A stretch of DNA of 64,000 nt from Nitrososphaerota archaeon (GTDB taxonomy: Archaea; Thermoproteota; Nitrososphaeria; PSMU01): NCBI GenBank assembly GCA_040290255.1, contig PSMU01000002.1, forward strand, positions 32,001-96,000, given 5' to 3'. Shown piece after piece: positions 10,138 through 19,644 of this stretch. Under the pieces are notes generated by a model. That model worked only from the letters and a program-made list of their open reading frames with translations, was not told the DNA's origin and searched no databases. Each line of letters begins with the position of its first letter. The stretch's first letter is position 1. A program made the position numbers and the translations under genes.

Positions 10138-10844
10138 AGGTCGCCTTCACCGGCCTTCCGGACACTACGGCGCGGCTCTCCTCGGGCTTCAGGCGAGAGG
10201 ACGTGCTCTGCATCCCCCTCATCAGGCCGGCGAGGCTGCCCGCCTCGCTAAAGCTGCTCAGGGCCCTGGCGAAGGAGCTCTACCGCTTTGATGCGGTGGC
10301 CTTTACGAGCAAGACCGCCGTGCGGCTGGCCCTTAGGGCTGCGCCCCGGCTCAGGCGCTTCAAGGGCCGCATCATCGCGCTGGGCCCGGGCACTTCCTCG
10401 GAGCTGGCCAAGCATGGCATACTAAGCCCCCTGGTGCCCGAAACCCATAGCAGCGAGGCTCTGGTGAGCTTCGTGAAGGGGGTGGTGGGCTATGGAAGGG
10501 TTTTGGCGCTCTGTTCACGCCATTCACCCCTGGTAAAGGTCCGGCCTCAGGGCTGGACGGTGCTTCCGCTTTACACCCTCACGCTGGACTGGCGGGCCTG
10601 GGCCCGGCTCATGGCCTTGGCGGGCACGGGGGACTGTGCCATCGTGGTCACATCGGCGAGGGCGGCGCAGGCCCTCTTGCGCTTTCCACAGGCGCTGAGG
10701 CATGCCAAGATCTTGGCGATAAGCGAGAGGGTGGGCCAGGTGCTCAGGCGAGGAGGGCTGGCGCCGGCATGGGTGTATCAGGGGCGCGATATGGCGCTCT
10801 TCCCCCAGGCTTTAAAGGAGGCCCTGCTCTCCGAGAGAGCGTGA
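10134..10844 (+). CDS. hemD: Uroporphyrinogen-III synthase (divergent)
   Basis: FTSKTAV, ALGPGT and LPLY motifs; position between hemC and hemE. Confidence 0.8.
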   Translation: MKVAFTGLPDTTARLSSGFRREDVLCIPLIRPARLPASLKLLRALAKELYRFDAVAFTSKTAVRLALRAAPRLRRFKGRIIALGPGTSSELAKHGILSPLVPETHSSEALVSFVKGVVGYGRVLALCSRHSPLVKVRPQGWTVLPLYTLTLDWRAWARLMALAGTGDCAIVVTSARAAQALLRFPQALRHAKILAISERVGQVLRRGGLAPAWVYQGRDMALFPQALKEALLSERA

Positions 10845-11878
10845 ACGACCTGCTGCTGAGGGCGTGCAGGCTCGAGCGCACGGAGCGCACGCCCATCTGG
10901 CTGATGAGGCAGGCCGGCAGGTACCTCCCCTCCTACAGGCGCCTGAGGAGGCGCCACGACCTCTTGACGCTCTGCAGGAGCCCTGAGCTGGCCGCCAAGC
11001 TAACCTTGCTGCCCGTGGAGGAGCTGGGCGTGGATGCGGCCATCCTCTTTCACGACCTGTCGCTGCTGCTGGAGGCGATGGGGGCCCGGCTGCAGCTGAG
11101 GGAGGGCGTGGGGCCCATGATAGAGAACAGGGTACAGGGCCCAGGGCAGGTCGAGGCGCTCAGGGTCCCGGAGCCGGAGAAGGACATGGCCTATCTGCTG
11201 GAGGCCATCAGGAGGGCGAGGGCCCTGCTGAAGGGAAAGGTGCCCCTGATAGGCTTCGCCGGCGCGCCCTTCACGCTCGCCTGCTACCTTATCGAGGGCG
11301 CCCCCACCAGGGACTTTAGCCATGTCAGGAGGTTCATGTATGAGCAGCCGGCGGCCTGGCGCTCCCTGATGGAGAAGCTGGCGCAGGCTGCGGGCAGGCT
11401 GCTGAGGGCCCAGGTGGAGGCGGGTGCCCAGGCCGTGCAGCTCTTCGATACCTGGGCCGGCTGGCTGGGCAAGGAGGAGTATGAGGCGAAGGCGCTTCCC
11501 TATGCGGCTAAGGCCATCGAGGAGGTGCGCGACAGCGGCGCGCCCGTCATCTACTTCATGACGGGGGCAACACACCTGCTGGAGAAGGCAAGGCATACGG
11601 GCGCCCAGGTCCTGGGCATAGATTGGCGGCTCCCGCTCGATGAGGCCTGGGAGAGGGCAGGGTTTAATATGGCCCTGCAGGGAAACCTTGATCCGGCCGC
11701 GCTCTTCTGCTCGCCGCCCGAGCTCCGGCGCAGGGCGCTCGATGTGCTGCGAAGGGCGGCGGGAAGGCCGGGCCACATCTTCAACCTTGGCCACGGCATC
11801 CTTCCCGATACGCCCCCAGAGAGCGTGAAGCTCCTGGTAAGCCTGGTGAAGGCCCAGGGCCGCAGCGCCCGGAGCTAG
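10841..11878 (+). CDS. hemE: Uroporphyrinogen decarboxylase
   Basis: PIWLMRQAGRYLP, IGFAGAPFTLACY, QGNLDP, IFNLGHG; GTG start overlapping the hemD stop. Confidence 0.97.
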   Translation: MNDLLLRACRLERTERTPIWLMRQAGRYLPSYRRLRRRHDLLTLCRSPELAAKLTLLPVEELGVDAAILFHDLSLLLEAMGARLQLREGVGPMIENRVQGPGQVEALRVPEPEKDMAYLLEAIRRARALLKGKVPLIGFAGAPFTLACYLIEGAPTRDFSHVRRFMYEQPAAWRSLMEKLAQAAGRLLRAQVEAGAQAVQLFDTWAGWLGKEEYEAKALPYAAKAIEEVRDSGAPVIYFMTGATHLLEKARHTGAQVLGIDWRLPLDEAWERAGFNMALQGNLDPAALFCSPPELRRRALDVLRRAAGRPGHIFNLGHGILPDTPPESVKLLVSLVKAQGRSARS

Positions 11879-11906
11879 CTTTTATTAGGGGCCGCCAAGG
11901 GGCTCC

Positions 11907-12845
11907 ATGCCCGGCCATCTGGGCGTGCTGCTGATGGCCTACGGCTCTCCCTCAGGGCTTGAGGATGTGGCGAGATATTACGCCCATTTAAGGGCGGCAA
12001 GGGGGAGCCCCCCGCCCAGCCAGGAGGAGGTCGAGGAGCTCACGGAGCGGTATCGAAGGATAGGGGGCCGCTCTCCTTTGCTAGAGATGACGATCAGGCA
12101 GGCAAGGGCCCTCGAGAGGGAGCTTAGGGCCCGGGGAAGGGAGCTTAAGGTCTACTTGGGCATGAGGCACTCATCGCCCTTCATAGGCGAGGCCGTGAGG
12201 AGGGCCAGGGAGGAGGGGGTCAGCTTCCTGGTGGCAATCGCGCTGGCGCCCCACTACTCAAGGCTCAGCATCGGGGATTATGAGCAGGCGCTGAGGGAGG
12301 CCGCGCAAGGGCCGACAGGCCTTGAGTACGATATGGTGAGAAGCTATCACCTGCACCCGCTCTTCCTCGAGGCCTGGAGGGAAAGGGTTGAAGCCGCGCT
12401 AAAGCCCCTGGAGGAGGGTGAGAGGCGGGGACTACATACGCTCTTTACGGCGCACAGCCTTCCCGAGGCCATCTTGCGCTGGGGAGACCCGTATCCGGAC
12501 CAGGTGCTGGAGAGCGCGCGGGCCCTGGCGGGCCTGCTGGGGCTGCGAAGCTGGGAGGTGGCCTACCAGAGCGCCGGCGCCACGGGCGGCAGGTGGCTCG
12601 GCCCCCATTTGCTCGAGAGGGTGCGCGCTTTAGCCCGGGAGGGGCGCCGCACGCTGCTCGTGGTGCCCCTCGGCTTCGTGTCGGACCATCTCGAGGTCCT
12701 ATATGATATAGATCTGGAGGCGCGCGGCTTGGCCCAGAGCCTCAACGTCAAGCTTCTGAGGCCCGAGATGCTCAACGATTCCCCCACCTTCATCAGGGCC
12801 CTCGCGGACCTGGTGGAGGAGCGCCTGAGGGCGCGCCCGCGCTGA
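11907..12845 (+). CDS. hemH: Ferrochelatase (likely coproporphyrin ferrochelatase CpfC type)
   Basis: LLMAYGSP, IGGRSPL, FTAHSLP, YQSAG...WLGP, GFVSDHLEVLYDID. Confidence 0.95.
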   Translation: MPGHLGVLLMAYGSPSGLEDVARYYAHLRAARGSPPPSQEEVEELTERYRRIGGRSPLLEMTIRQARALERELRARGRELKVYLGMRHSSPFIGEAVRRAREEGVSFLVAIALAPHYSRLSIGDYEQALREAAQGPTGLEYDMVRSYHLHPLFLEAWRERVEAALKPLEEGERRGLHTLFTAHSLPEAILRWGDPYPDQVLESARALAGLLGLRSWEVAYQSAGATGGRWLGPHLLERVRALAREGRRTLLVVPLGFVSDHLEVLYDIDLEARGLAQSLNVKLLRPEMLNDSPTFIRALADLVEERLRARPR

Positions 12846-12849
12846 TGTC

Positions 12850-13527
12850 CTATGATTGACCCTCCAGCCCCGCGAGAAGCCTGGAGAGCTCCTCTGGCGA
12901 GGCCCTCACGCAGGTGAAGATGGGCGTGTCCCTGAGCGTATAGGGCCTGACCTTGGAGGACCTCAGGGCCATGACGAGGGCCACGTACTCCGGCAGCGAC
13001 TTCATCTCGTAGGCGACGATGAATTCATCGTCTCCAAGCCCATAGCTGTAGTACAGGAACTGCCTGATGCCCTTGAACTTAGAGGCTATCTCCACGTGCT
13101 CCTGCTCCATTAGCTGGCGGCGGACCTCGAAGGGCAGCTGGTACCACTCGGCCGTCTTTGAGAAGGGGTAGAGGGTCAGGTAGGGAAGGCCCGAGGGAGC
13201 GCCCGCGCTGATGCGGCCCGTATATGGCGAGGGCAGGGCGATGCCGAAGAAGAGGTGCCTGCAGGCTATGTGCTGGGCCAGGGAGGTGCCCCTCAGCGAG
13301 GCGAAGGCCCGCTGCAGCTGCTCCGGGCTATGGGCCCTCAGCCAGGCCATAAAGTCCACGCCCGCCTTCAGGCCCAGCGTGGAGTAAAGGTCGATGGCCA
13401 CATCGCCCTGCTTGAGGAACGCCTGCAGGGATGAAAGGCCCAGCTCATAGCGCGTCGCAGGTGGCAGGAGGAACCAGGAGCGGCGCAGGCCGTAGAAGGC
13501 AAAGGCGTTGTAGGGCCTCTCCTCCAT
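12850..13527 (-). CDS. chdC: Chlorite-dismutase-family protein, likely coproheme decarboxylase (ChdC/HemQ)
   Basis: YPFSKTAEWYQLP, QEH proximal His, YSYGLGDDEFIVAYE; convergent on hemH. Confidence 0.8.
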   Translation of the reverse strand: MEERPYNAFAFYGLRRSWFLLPPATRYELGLSSLQAFLKQGDVAIDLYSTLGLKAGVDFMAWLRAHSPEQLQRAFASLRGTSLAQHIACRHLFFGIALPSPYTGRISAGAPSGLPYLTLYPFSKTAEWYQLPFEVRRQLMEQEHVEIASKFKGIRQFLYYSYGLGDDEFIVAYEMKSLPEYVALVMALRSSKVRPYTLRDTPIFTCVRASPEELSRLLAGLEGQS

Positions 13528-13632
13528 TGCCCGGGGCAGGAGCTCAGGTTATTTCTGCTTTGCCCGCAGCTGCTGGCCTTATCCTCGCCCGGTACCAAAA
13601 ACTCTTATATGGCACGAAGCCGGTGGAACGGC

Positions 13633-13881
13633 ATGGCGCTCGTGGGGGTCGAGTGGATCGTCGTGGCCATCATCGTCATAGCGCTCCTGCTCTGGGGCCC
13701 CACGAAGCTCCCCGAGCTGGCCCGGGCGCTGGGGAGGGCCAGGAGGGAATATCAGAAGGCCAGCCAGGAGGAGGAAGAGGACAAGCTCTTGCAGCTGGCT
13801 AAGAGCCTCGGCATAGCCACCGAGGGAAAGACGAGGGAGCAGATAGCGCAGGAGGTCTCCGAGCGCCTCAAGAAGGCCTAG
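13633..13881 (+). CDS. tatA: Twin-arginine translocase TatA
   Basis: MALVGVEWIVVAIIVIALLLWGPTKLPELARALGRA. Confidence 0.93.
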   Translation: MALVGVEWIVVAIIVIALLLWGPTKLPELARALGRARREYQKASQEEEEDKLLQLAKSLGIATEGKTREQIAQEVSERLKKA

Positions 13882-13883
13882 GC

Positions 13884-14756
13884 TTGGGGGAGGGGGCGGA
13901 GGAAAGCGCCAAGCTGAGCTTTGCCGAGCACCTGCTGGAGCTGAGGAGCAGGGTCAAGGTGGTGCTCATATCGCTTCTTGTGAGCACGCTGGCCTTCCTG
14001 GCCTTTCCGGCGAATCCCTTGGACTTACTCAGCTATCAGGCCTGGCAGACGGGCCTTTACAAGCCCCTGGTCTCGCTCGTGCTCGACTGGATCCGGGAGA
14101 ACGTCACGCCTCAGGGCGTCTCCATCATAAGCCTGAGCGTGGGGGCGCCGCTGGAGGTCTACTTTCTCGCTTCCCTGCTCCTGGGCCTCGTGGCCAGCAG
14201 CCCCATCATCGCCTATGAGATATACAGGTATGTGGACCCCGCGCTTTATCCCCATGAGCGCAGGGCCCTCTATCCCTTTATCCTCTCCTTCACGGGGCTC
14301 TTCGTGGCCGGCGCGCTCTTCGGGCTGCAGTATATAGCGCGGTTTGTGCTCTGGACCGTGATCCCCTTCTCCCAGTTCGTCGGCTCCACGCCGCTCCTGT
14401 CCGTGAATGACTTCTACCTCACGGTCTTCCTCTCCGTGGCGCTGACGGGGCTCAGCTTTACCTTGCCCGCCTTCCTGGTCCTGCTGGTGAAGTTCGGCGT
14501 CCTGCGCACCAGGGCGATAACCTCCAACCGCAAGCTCTTTTACCCTATCCTGTACATCATCGTCGCGATAATCACGCCCGATGGAGGGCCGCTGGCGGAC
14601 ATAGCGCTCTTCCTGCCCGTGGCCGCGATGATGGAGGTCGCCCTCTTGGTGGCGAAGCGCTACGAGAGGGCTAGGCTAACGCCCTGCCCCTTCTGCCGAG
14701 CAGAAGTAGATGTAGGCACGCTCTTCTGCCCTCGATGCAGGAGGGCGCTCCTCTAG
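13884..14756 (+). CDS. tatC: Twin-arginine translocase TatC with C-terminal zinc ribbon
   Basis: FAEHLLELRSR, YVDPALYPHE, IITPDG; tail CPFC...CPRC. Confidence 0.93.
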   Translation: MGEGAEESAKLSFAEHLLELRSRVKVVLISLLVSTLAFLAFPANPLDLLSYQAWQTGLYKPLVSLVLDWIRENVTPQGVSIISLSVGAPLEVYFLASLLLGLVASSPIIAYEIYRYVDPALYPHERRALYPFILSFTGLFVAGALFGLQYIARFVLWTVIPFSQFVGSTPLLSVNDFYLTVFLSVALTGLSFTLPAFLVLLVKFGVLRTRAITSNRKLFYPILYIIVAIITPDGGPLADIALFLPVAAMMEVALLVAKRYERARLTPCPFCRAEVDVGTLFCPRCRRALL

Positions 14757-14811
14757 CCCTTGGGCCAAGGGTGCAAACGCTTTATAGGACTAGCTTGCAG
14801 CTCACCCGGCC

Positions 14812-15105
14812 TTGGCGCTCGACGCAATCGAGGGCATCATCGTGGCAACGCTGGCGCTCATGCTGCTGCTCTGGGGCCCTGAAAAGGTGGCCGAGCTCGT
14901 GAGGCTCGGGAACAGGCTGAGGAGGGAGGCGCAGAGGGCGGTCAATGAGCTCAGGGCCCTGGCGGAGGATAGCGTGAAACGCGCGGCCTTGGGCGACGAG
15001 GAGCTCATTCGCATGGCCAGAAGCCTGGGCCTACGGACCATGGGGAAGACGCGCGAGGAGATAGAGCAGGAGCTGAGGGCCAGGGCGCAGGCCAAGGCTA
15101 GCTAG
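14812..15105 (+). CDS. Second TatA/TatB-family subunit
   Basis: LLLWGPEKVAELVR; C-terminus (ARSLGLRTMGKTREEIEQE) paralogous to the first TatA. Confidence 0.8.
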   Translation: MALDAIEGIIVATLALMLLLWGPEKVAELVRLGNRLRREAQRAVNELRALAEDSVKRAALGDEELIRMARSLGLRTMGKTREEIEQELRARAQAKAS

Positions 15106-17518
15106 GCAGCCCCTCCTCTTCCTGCTCCCCGCCCCTTCTTCTTTTCATGAGCAGCGCGACTATGGCGCCGGCCGCGAGCGCGGGCCAGATGGCGAGATAG
15201 GGGAAGGAGAGGAGGCGCAGGACGAGCGGCTTTGGCGGCGGCGGGGGCAGCTGCAGCACGTAGAGGCTGGAGCTCACCGTTATAGGCCCCAGCGCGGGAT
15301 GGCTCACCGTCGCGTTAACCCTTACGGGGCCGGGCTGGGAGGGGATATATTGCACGGACGCGCCGCCGTCCTCCGCGAGCACCGAGGAGGAGGCGCTCAG
15401 GGAGCCCGAGCTCACGGCCCAGCTCACATTTGCCCCCTGAAGCGGCCAGCCCTGCAGGAGCACGCTCAGCCTTAGGGTCGAGGTGCCGTTGATGTAGAGC
15501 GTAGTGGGAGAGGCGGCGAGGCTCGCCTGAAGCGGCAAGGGCAGCACTATCAGGCTCGTGCTCGAGGAAGCGAGGCCTTGGGCTGAAGCGGTCAGCTCCG
15601 TCTCGCCCCTGCCCAGAGGCCTCAGCGGCACCAGCGCATAGTTTTCGCCCTGCGCTATGGTGATGTTCAACAGCCCGCCCACCAAGCTTGAGTTGGCCGG
15701 GCTGAGAAGAACGGGGATATCCTGCCGGGCCTTGGCGGGGTTGCCCTGATCATCCTGCAGCTGCACGGCCAGCAGCACAAGAGCGCCCTTCGGCACCATC
15801 AGCGCGGGCTGAGGCGCCGCATAGAGCGAAAGCTTTGAGGGCGAGGGGCTGAAGGTGCTCAGGAGCGTCCATGAAACGGCCGTGTGGTTGGCGAAGCTGG
15901 CCACAGCCGTGAAGTTCGCCTGGCCCGCCGTCACGCTTGTCGCCACCTCGACCAGCGCGAAGGACTGGCCCGCGGGGATGAGCACGGTCTGCGCGGCGCT
16001 CGCGACTTCCGCCCTAGAAGAGTAGAGCGAGATGGCCAGGCCCGGGGCCGGCGCCACGGCCGGCAGGCCCGAAGCATCTCGAAGCGCTATCTCCAGCGCC
16101 CTATAGCGCCCGCCGTTCGCGGGCAGGTCCGGGAGCACGGGCCTCAGCGCGATGCTGGAGGCCACGGGCCCAAAGGTGGAGATGGTGAGCTGGTCGGGCA
16201 CGAAGTTCTCAGCCGAGGCGGTGAGCTGCGTCGCGCCGGGCAGGAAGGTGGTGATGAGGTCCACGGGCTGCGATGCGCTGAAGTTCTTGGGTATGATGAC
16301 GCTGGCCCTAAGCGTCAGGATGGAGGCATCGGAGGAGGTCAGGTGGACCTCCACGTCCGTGGTGGCCACCGCAGGCTTGTCCTCCTTATCTAACAGCGCC
16401 ACTACGAGGGCATGGTAGGCCCTGTTGTCGGCCAGCAGGGGGTCGGGCGCCGAATACAGCTTCAGCCTGGTGGGCCTTGCGGAGGGGTTCACGGTTGTAA
16501 TGCTCAGCAGGGCGGACTTAAGGCCCATCGCCGAGGCGGCGATAACTGCGCTGCCGTTAAGCTGGGTCGTCTGGTAGGTAGCCACGGCGTACAGCTCTCC
16601 CCTCGGTATCGTGACGGTAGGCGGCACTCTGACCACGCTCATGTTCGATGAGGTGAGCGTGATGGCGATGTCCTGAGGAGCCCTGACGGGCCTGCCGCCC
16701 AGGTCCGTGAGCGCTATGATCAGCCTACCCGAGCAGGCCTGAGGGGCTAATGGAGGAAGACAGGCGGCCATCGTGGAGGGCTGCGCGCTCATGCTCAGCG
16801 CGTAGGGCGTGGCCCCCCTGACCGTGACCTGCACGGCGTCGGGGGCGAAGCCGGGCGATGTGGCCGTGATGAGCGCCGTGCCGGGCACGTAGCCCGTGGC
16901 ATAGGAGCCCAGCGCCCAGAAGCTGCCCCTCTGCACGGTGAGCTGGGCCTGTGAGAGCTGCACGACGGAGGGGTTGGAGGAGTTTAAGGTCACGGTGATG
17001 GAGGCCACCGCGGGGGCGGGGAGGCCCCTATCATCCAGCACCTCCACCAGCACGAAGCCCTGCATGCCGGGGCCGAGCAGCTCGGGGGATGCGCCGACCC
17101 TTATCTTGGAGGGGTAGCCGCTGGGCCTCGCGGTGGTAATCGATACGGAGCCCGAGGCCAGGCCGGGCGCCGAGGCCGTGACCTGCGTGGAGCCCGGCGT
17201 GGTGCTCGTGGTAAAGTTCACGAGCGTGAAGTAGCTGCCCAGCCTGATCGTGGCCGTGGGCTGAGGGCGCCCCACATACTCGGTGGCCGAGCTCAGGTAT
17301 ACGGTTACATCGCTGAGGGCCACGACGGGGTTGCCCGCCGCGTCGACCAGCTGCACCAGCAGCGCCGGATAGCTTCGGCCATCGGCGGGAAGCGTGGAGG
17401 GGAAGGAGGAGAGCTTGAGGCCCTGCGCGGGCCCCAGGGGCGCCGCCGCCCGGGCGGGCACCATCAGCGCGAGCGAAAGGACCAGGAGGGCCAGCGCTGC
17501 GCGCCGCTTGCTCCTCAC
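15098..17518 (-). CDS. Large surface protein with tandem Ig-like (invasin/Big-1-like) repeats and C-terminal membrane anchor
   Basis: Signal peptide from GTG 17518 (MRSKRRAALALLVL...), about 6 repeats of P..LPA[DN]G..Y..L.V.L.D..G.P, Pro linker, TM helix and KRRR tail. Confidence 0.8.
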   Translation of the reverse strand: MRSKRRAALALLVLSLALMVPARAAAPLGPAQGLKLSSFPSTLPADGRSYPALLVQLVDAAGNPVVALSDVTVYLSSATEYVGRPQPTATIRLGSYFTLVNFTTSTTPGSTQVTASAPGLASGSVSITTARPSGYPSKIRVGASPELLGPGMQGFVLVEVLDDRGLPAPAVASITVTLNSSNPSVVQLSQAQLTVQRGSFWALGSYATGYVPGTALITATSPGFAPDAVQVTVRGATPYALSMSAQPSTMAACLPPLAPQACSGRLIIALTDLGGRPVRAPQDIAITLTSSNMSVVRVPPTVTIPRGELYAVATYQTTQLNGSAVIAASAMGLKSALLSITTVNPSARPTRLKLYSAPDPLLADNRAYHALVVALLDKEDKPAVATTDVEVHLTSSDASILTLRASVIIPKNFSASQPVDLITTFLPGATQLTASAENFVPDQLTISTFGPVASSIALRPVLPDLPANGGRYRALEIALRDASGLPAVAPAPGLAISLYSSRAEVASAAQTVLIPAGQSFALVEVATSVTAGQANFTAVASFANHTAVSWTLLSTFSPSPSKLSLYAAPQPALMVPKGALVLLAVQLQDDQGNPAKARQDIPVLLSPANSSLVGGLLNITIAQGENYALVPLRPLGRGETELTASAQGLASSSTSLIVLPLPLQASLAASPTTLYINGTSTLRLSVLLQGWPLQGANVSWAVSSGSLSASSSVLAEDGGASVQYIPSQPGPVRVNATVSHPALGPITVSSSLYVLQLPPPPPKPLVLRLLSFPYLAIWPALAAGAIVALLMKRRRGGEQEEEGLPS

Positions 17519-17580
17519 TTCACCGCTGGCCCACACCTCTTCATTTAGCCCTTGTAGAAGCCCGGATACGTATCGGAGCT

Positions 17581-18756
17581 CTAGGTCCTGAGCGTAAGCG
17601 CCATGCCCAGGAACCACAGCAGGGCCGCGAGCAGCAGCGGCCCGCCCAGCCATGATAGCAGGGCCAGGCTATTTACATCATGGGCGAAGTAGCCGGCCAC
17701 TCTCCAGAGGGAGGCGATCGAAAAGAGGTAGACGGGGCCCCTGCTGAGGCCCCTATAGGGCACCCTTGCCGTGAGAAGAGGGGGAAGGAGTATGGGCACG
17801 TAGGCGATGATGGTCGTGCCCATGAACCCCAGGGCGAGTGAGTGTATGAAGGCATCCCTTAGGGCCAGGAGCCCCAGCGTGCCGTAGAGGAACCCCAGCG
17901 CCAGGCCCGCCAGCAGCCATGCGAGGGCCAGCGTAAAGGCGGTGGAGAAGTACTGGTACCTCACCCTATCCCTCTCCGCCATCCTGCCCTGCCTCTCATC
18001 CTTAAGCCTCCTGAAGCCCTGCACGGAATAAACCAGGCCGAGGCCCGAGCCGAGGAAGAGGGGGGAGGCATACCTCAGCGCCCTCGGCTCCAGGAGCGAA
18101 AGAAGCGTCAGGGCCAGGGCCGCGCCGTGAAGGCCAAAGCTCACCGCGGCCGCCCTTTTCCTTAGCACGGCCGCCCTGAACGGATCCCTGAAGTGTATCG
18201 TGCGGATGAAGATACCGTAGATCATGGTGGTGGGGAAGCCCAGGAGGGCCAGATAGAGCAGGCCATCGTTGCTAAAGGGGTCCTGTGAGGAGTAGGGCAG
18301 GAGGAGCAGGGCGGAGATGGGCAGGAGGAGCACGGCCAGGCTGATATAGGGCTCGGAGACGGCCAGCACGCCCGAGGGCTTGCCCAGCAGGGGCAGCAGG
18401 AGAAGGGAGAAGAGCAAGGCGCCCGCCGCAAGAAGCACGCCTCCCGCGGCTTCAGGCCCTGGCTCAAGCAGCCACAGGAGGTTTCCCACGAAGACAAGGC
18501 CCAAAGAGAGATAAGCCAGCTTCCGGCCTGCCAATCTCCTGTTCTTGAATCTCGGGACCAGGTTATAGGCCACGCCCATGATGAAGAGCGGAAGAGATCC
18601 GTAGAGCTGCACCCTTGCGTGCAGCAGCAGGAAGGGCGCGCCCGCGAAAAGGCCCGTGAGGGCGCCCAGCCACAGGATGCCCAGGAGAATTCCTATTAGG
18701 CCCAGGCAGAGCGCCAAGAGAGCGCCCAGCAGCGTCAGCCTGGCCCCCTCGAGCAC
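17581..18756 (-). CDS. Polytopic membrane protein, NnrS-like
   Basis: About 12 TM helices; HARVQLYG...FIMG and DAFIHSLALGFMG resemble NnrS His motifs. Confidence 0.6.
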   Translation of the reverse strand: MLEGARLTLLGALLALCLGLIGILLGILWLGALTGLFAGAPFLLLHARVQLYGSLPLFIMGVAYNLVPRFKNRRLAGRKLAYLSLGLVFVGNLLWLLEPGPEAAGGVLLAAGALLFSLLLLPLLGKPSGVLAVSEPYISLAVLLLPISALLLLPYSSQDPFSNDGLLYLALLGFPTTMIYGIFIRTIHFRDPFRAAVLRKRAAAVSFGLHGAALALTLLSLLEPRALRYASPLFLGSGLGLVYSVQGFRRLKDERQGRMAERDRVRYQYFSTAFTLALAWLLAGLALGFLYGTLGLLALRDAFIHSLALGFMGTTIIAYVPILLPPLLTARVPYRGLSRGPVYLFSIASLWRVAGYFAHDVNSLALLSWLGGPLLLAALLWFLGMALTLRT

Positions 18757-18806
18757 GGCGCCCGGAGGCTGAGCCGCTATATCAGGTTCACTACAAAGCC
18801 CGAAAG

Positions 18807-18892
18807 GGCCTAAGGCTCCCCGAGCATCGCCCCGATGGGCCCCGCGCCAGGCCTAACGCTCACCACAAGCCGCGTTTGTGTTACCTTAGGCC
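18807..18892 (+). other. Candidate structured RNA element (multi-helix junction)
   Basis: GGCCTAAGG/CCTTAGGCC terminal helix enclosing back-to-back hairpins CTC/GAG, CATCG/CGATG, GGCC/GGCC, and TAAC/GTTA plus ACAAGC/GTTTGT. Confidence 0.35.
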
Positions 18893-18898
18893 GTCAGG

Positions 18899-18905
18899 AA
18901 AAAAA
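18899..18905 (-). terminator. Oligo-T terminator after ftsZ
   Basis: T7 on the - strand 13 nt after the ftsZ stop. Confidence 0.5.
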
Positions 18906-18918
18906 GCAGAGACTTGCT

Positions 18919-19644
18919 CTAGGCCTTCGCGGCTCCTAGCTTGAGGGGCCCCAGCTGGAAGCGCGGCTGCTGCGCGGCTAGGAAGGTGCTCTCCACGCCT
19001 GTGAGGACGACCATGACCCTGACGTGGCCGTTCATGTTGGGCTCTGCTCTGGCGCCCCAGACGATCCTCACATGGGGCGGGAGCGACTTCATCACGAGCT
19101 CGCCCGCCTTGGTCACCTCCTCCAGCGTCACGTCCTCGCCGCCGGCGACATGCACCAGCACGCCCTTCGACTTCGTCACGTCCCTTATGTCAAGCAGCTG
19201 CCCCTTCAGCGCCGTGCGCACCGCGCTCTCCACCCTGTCCTGTCCATTCGCCCTCCCACGCCTATGGCTACAAGGCCCCTCTCCTGCATGATGGCCCTGA
19301 GGTCCGCGTACTCTATGTTGATGAGGCTGGCCGTGGCGATCGTCTCCGTTATGCCCTTGACGAACTGGCCAACGAGCTCGTTGGCCACGCCCAGGGCCTG
19401 CTGCAGGGGCAGGTCCCCGCCACCTTGGCCAGCTTGGTGTTGTCGATGGCCACCACGATGTCGCAGTAGCTGATGAGCTTCTCGAATCCCTTCTTCGCTA
19501 TGTCATACCTGTAGCGCTCGATGGGGAAGGGCAACGTGACCACGCCGACGGTGAGCGCGCCGGAGTTGTGCAGCTCCTTGGCAAGGACCAGCGAGCCTCC
19601 CCTGTGCCCGTGCCGCCTCCCAGGCCCGCGCAGATGAAGATGAA
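18919..19644 (-). pseudogene. ftsZ: FtsZ-family GTPase, 5'-truncated and triply frameshifted
   Basis: Stitched: FIFICAGLGGGTGT(G)GSLVLA...VVTLPF..E...VAIDN...INIEYADLRAIM...VLVHVAGG..VTLEEV...IVWGA...VRVMVVLTG; the track shows three fragments. Confidence 0.88.

Noticed and set aside
19256-19602. Phase variation or programmed frameshifting of ftsZ
   Set aside because: The G runs are only 3-4 nt, three events would be needed, and the N-terminal GTP-binding region is missing anyway.
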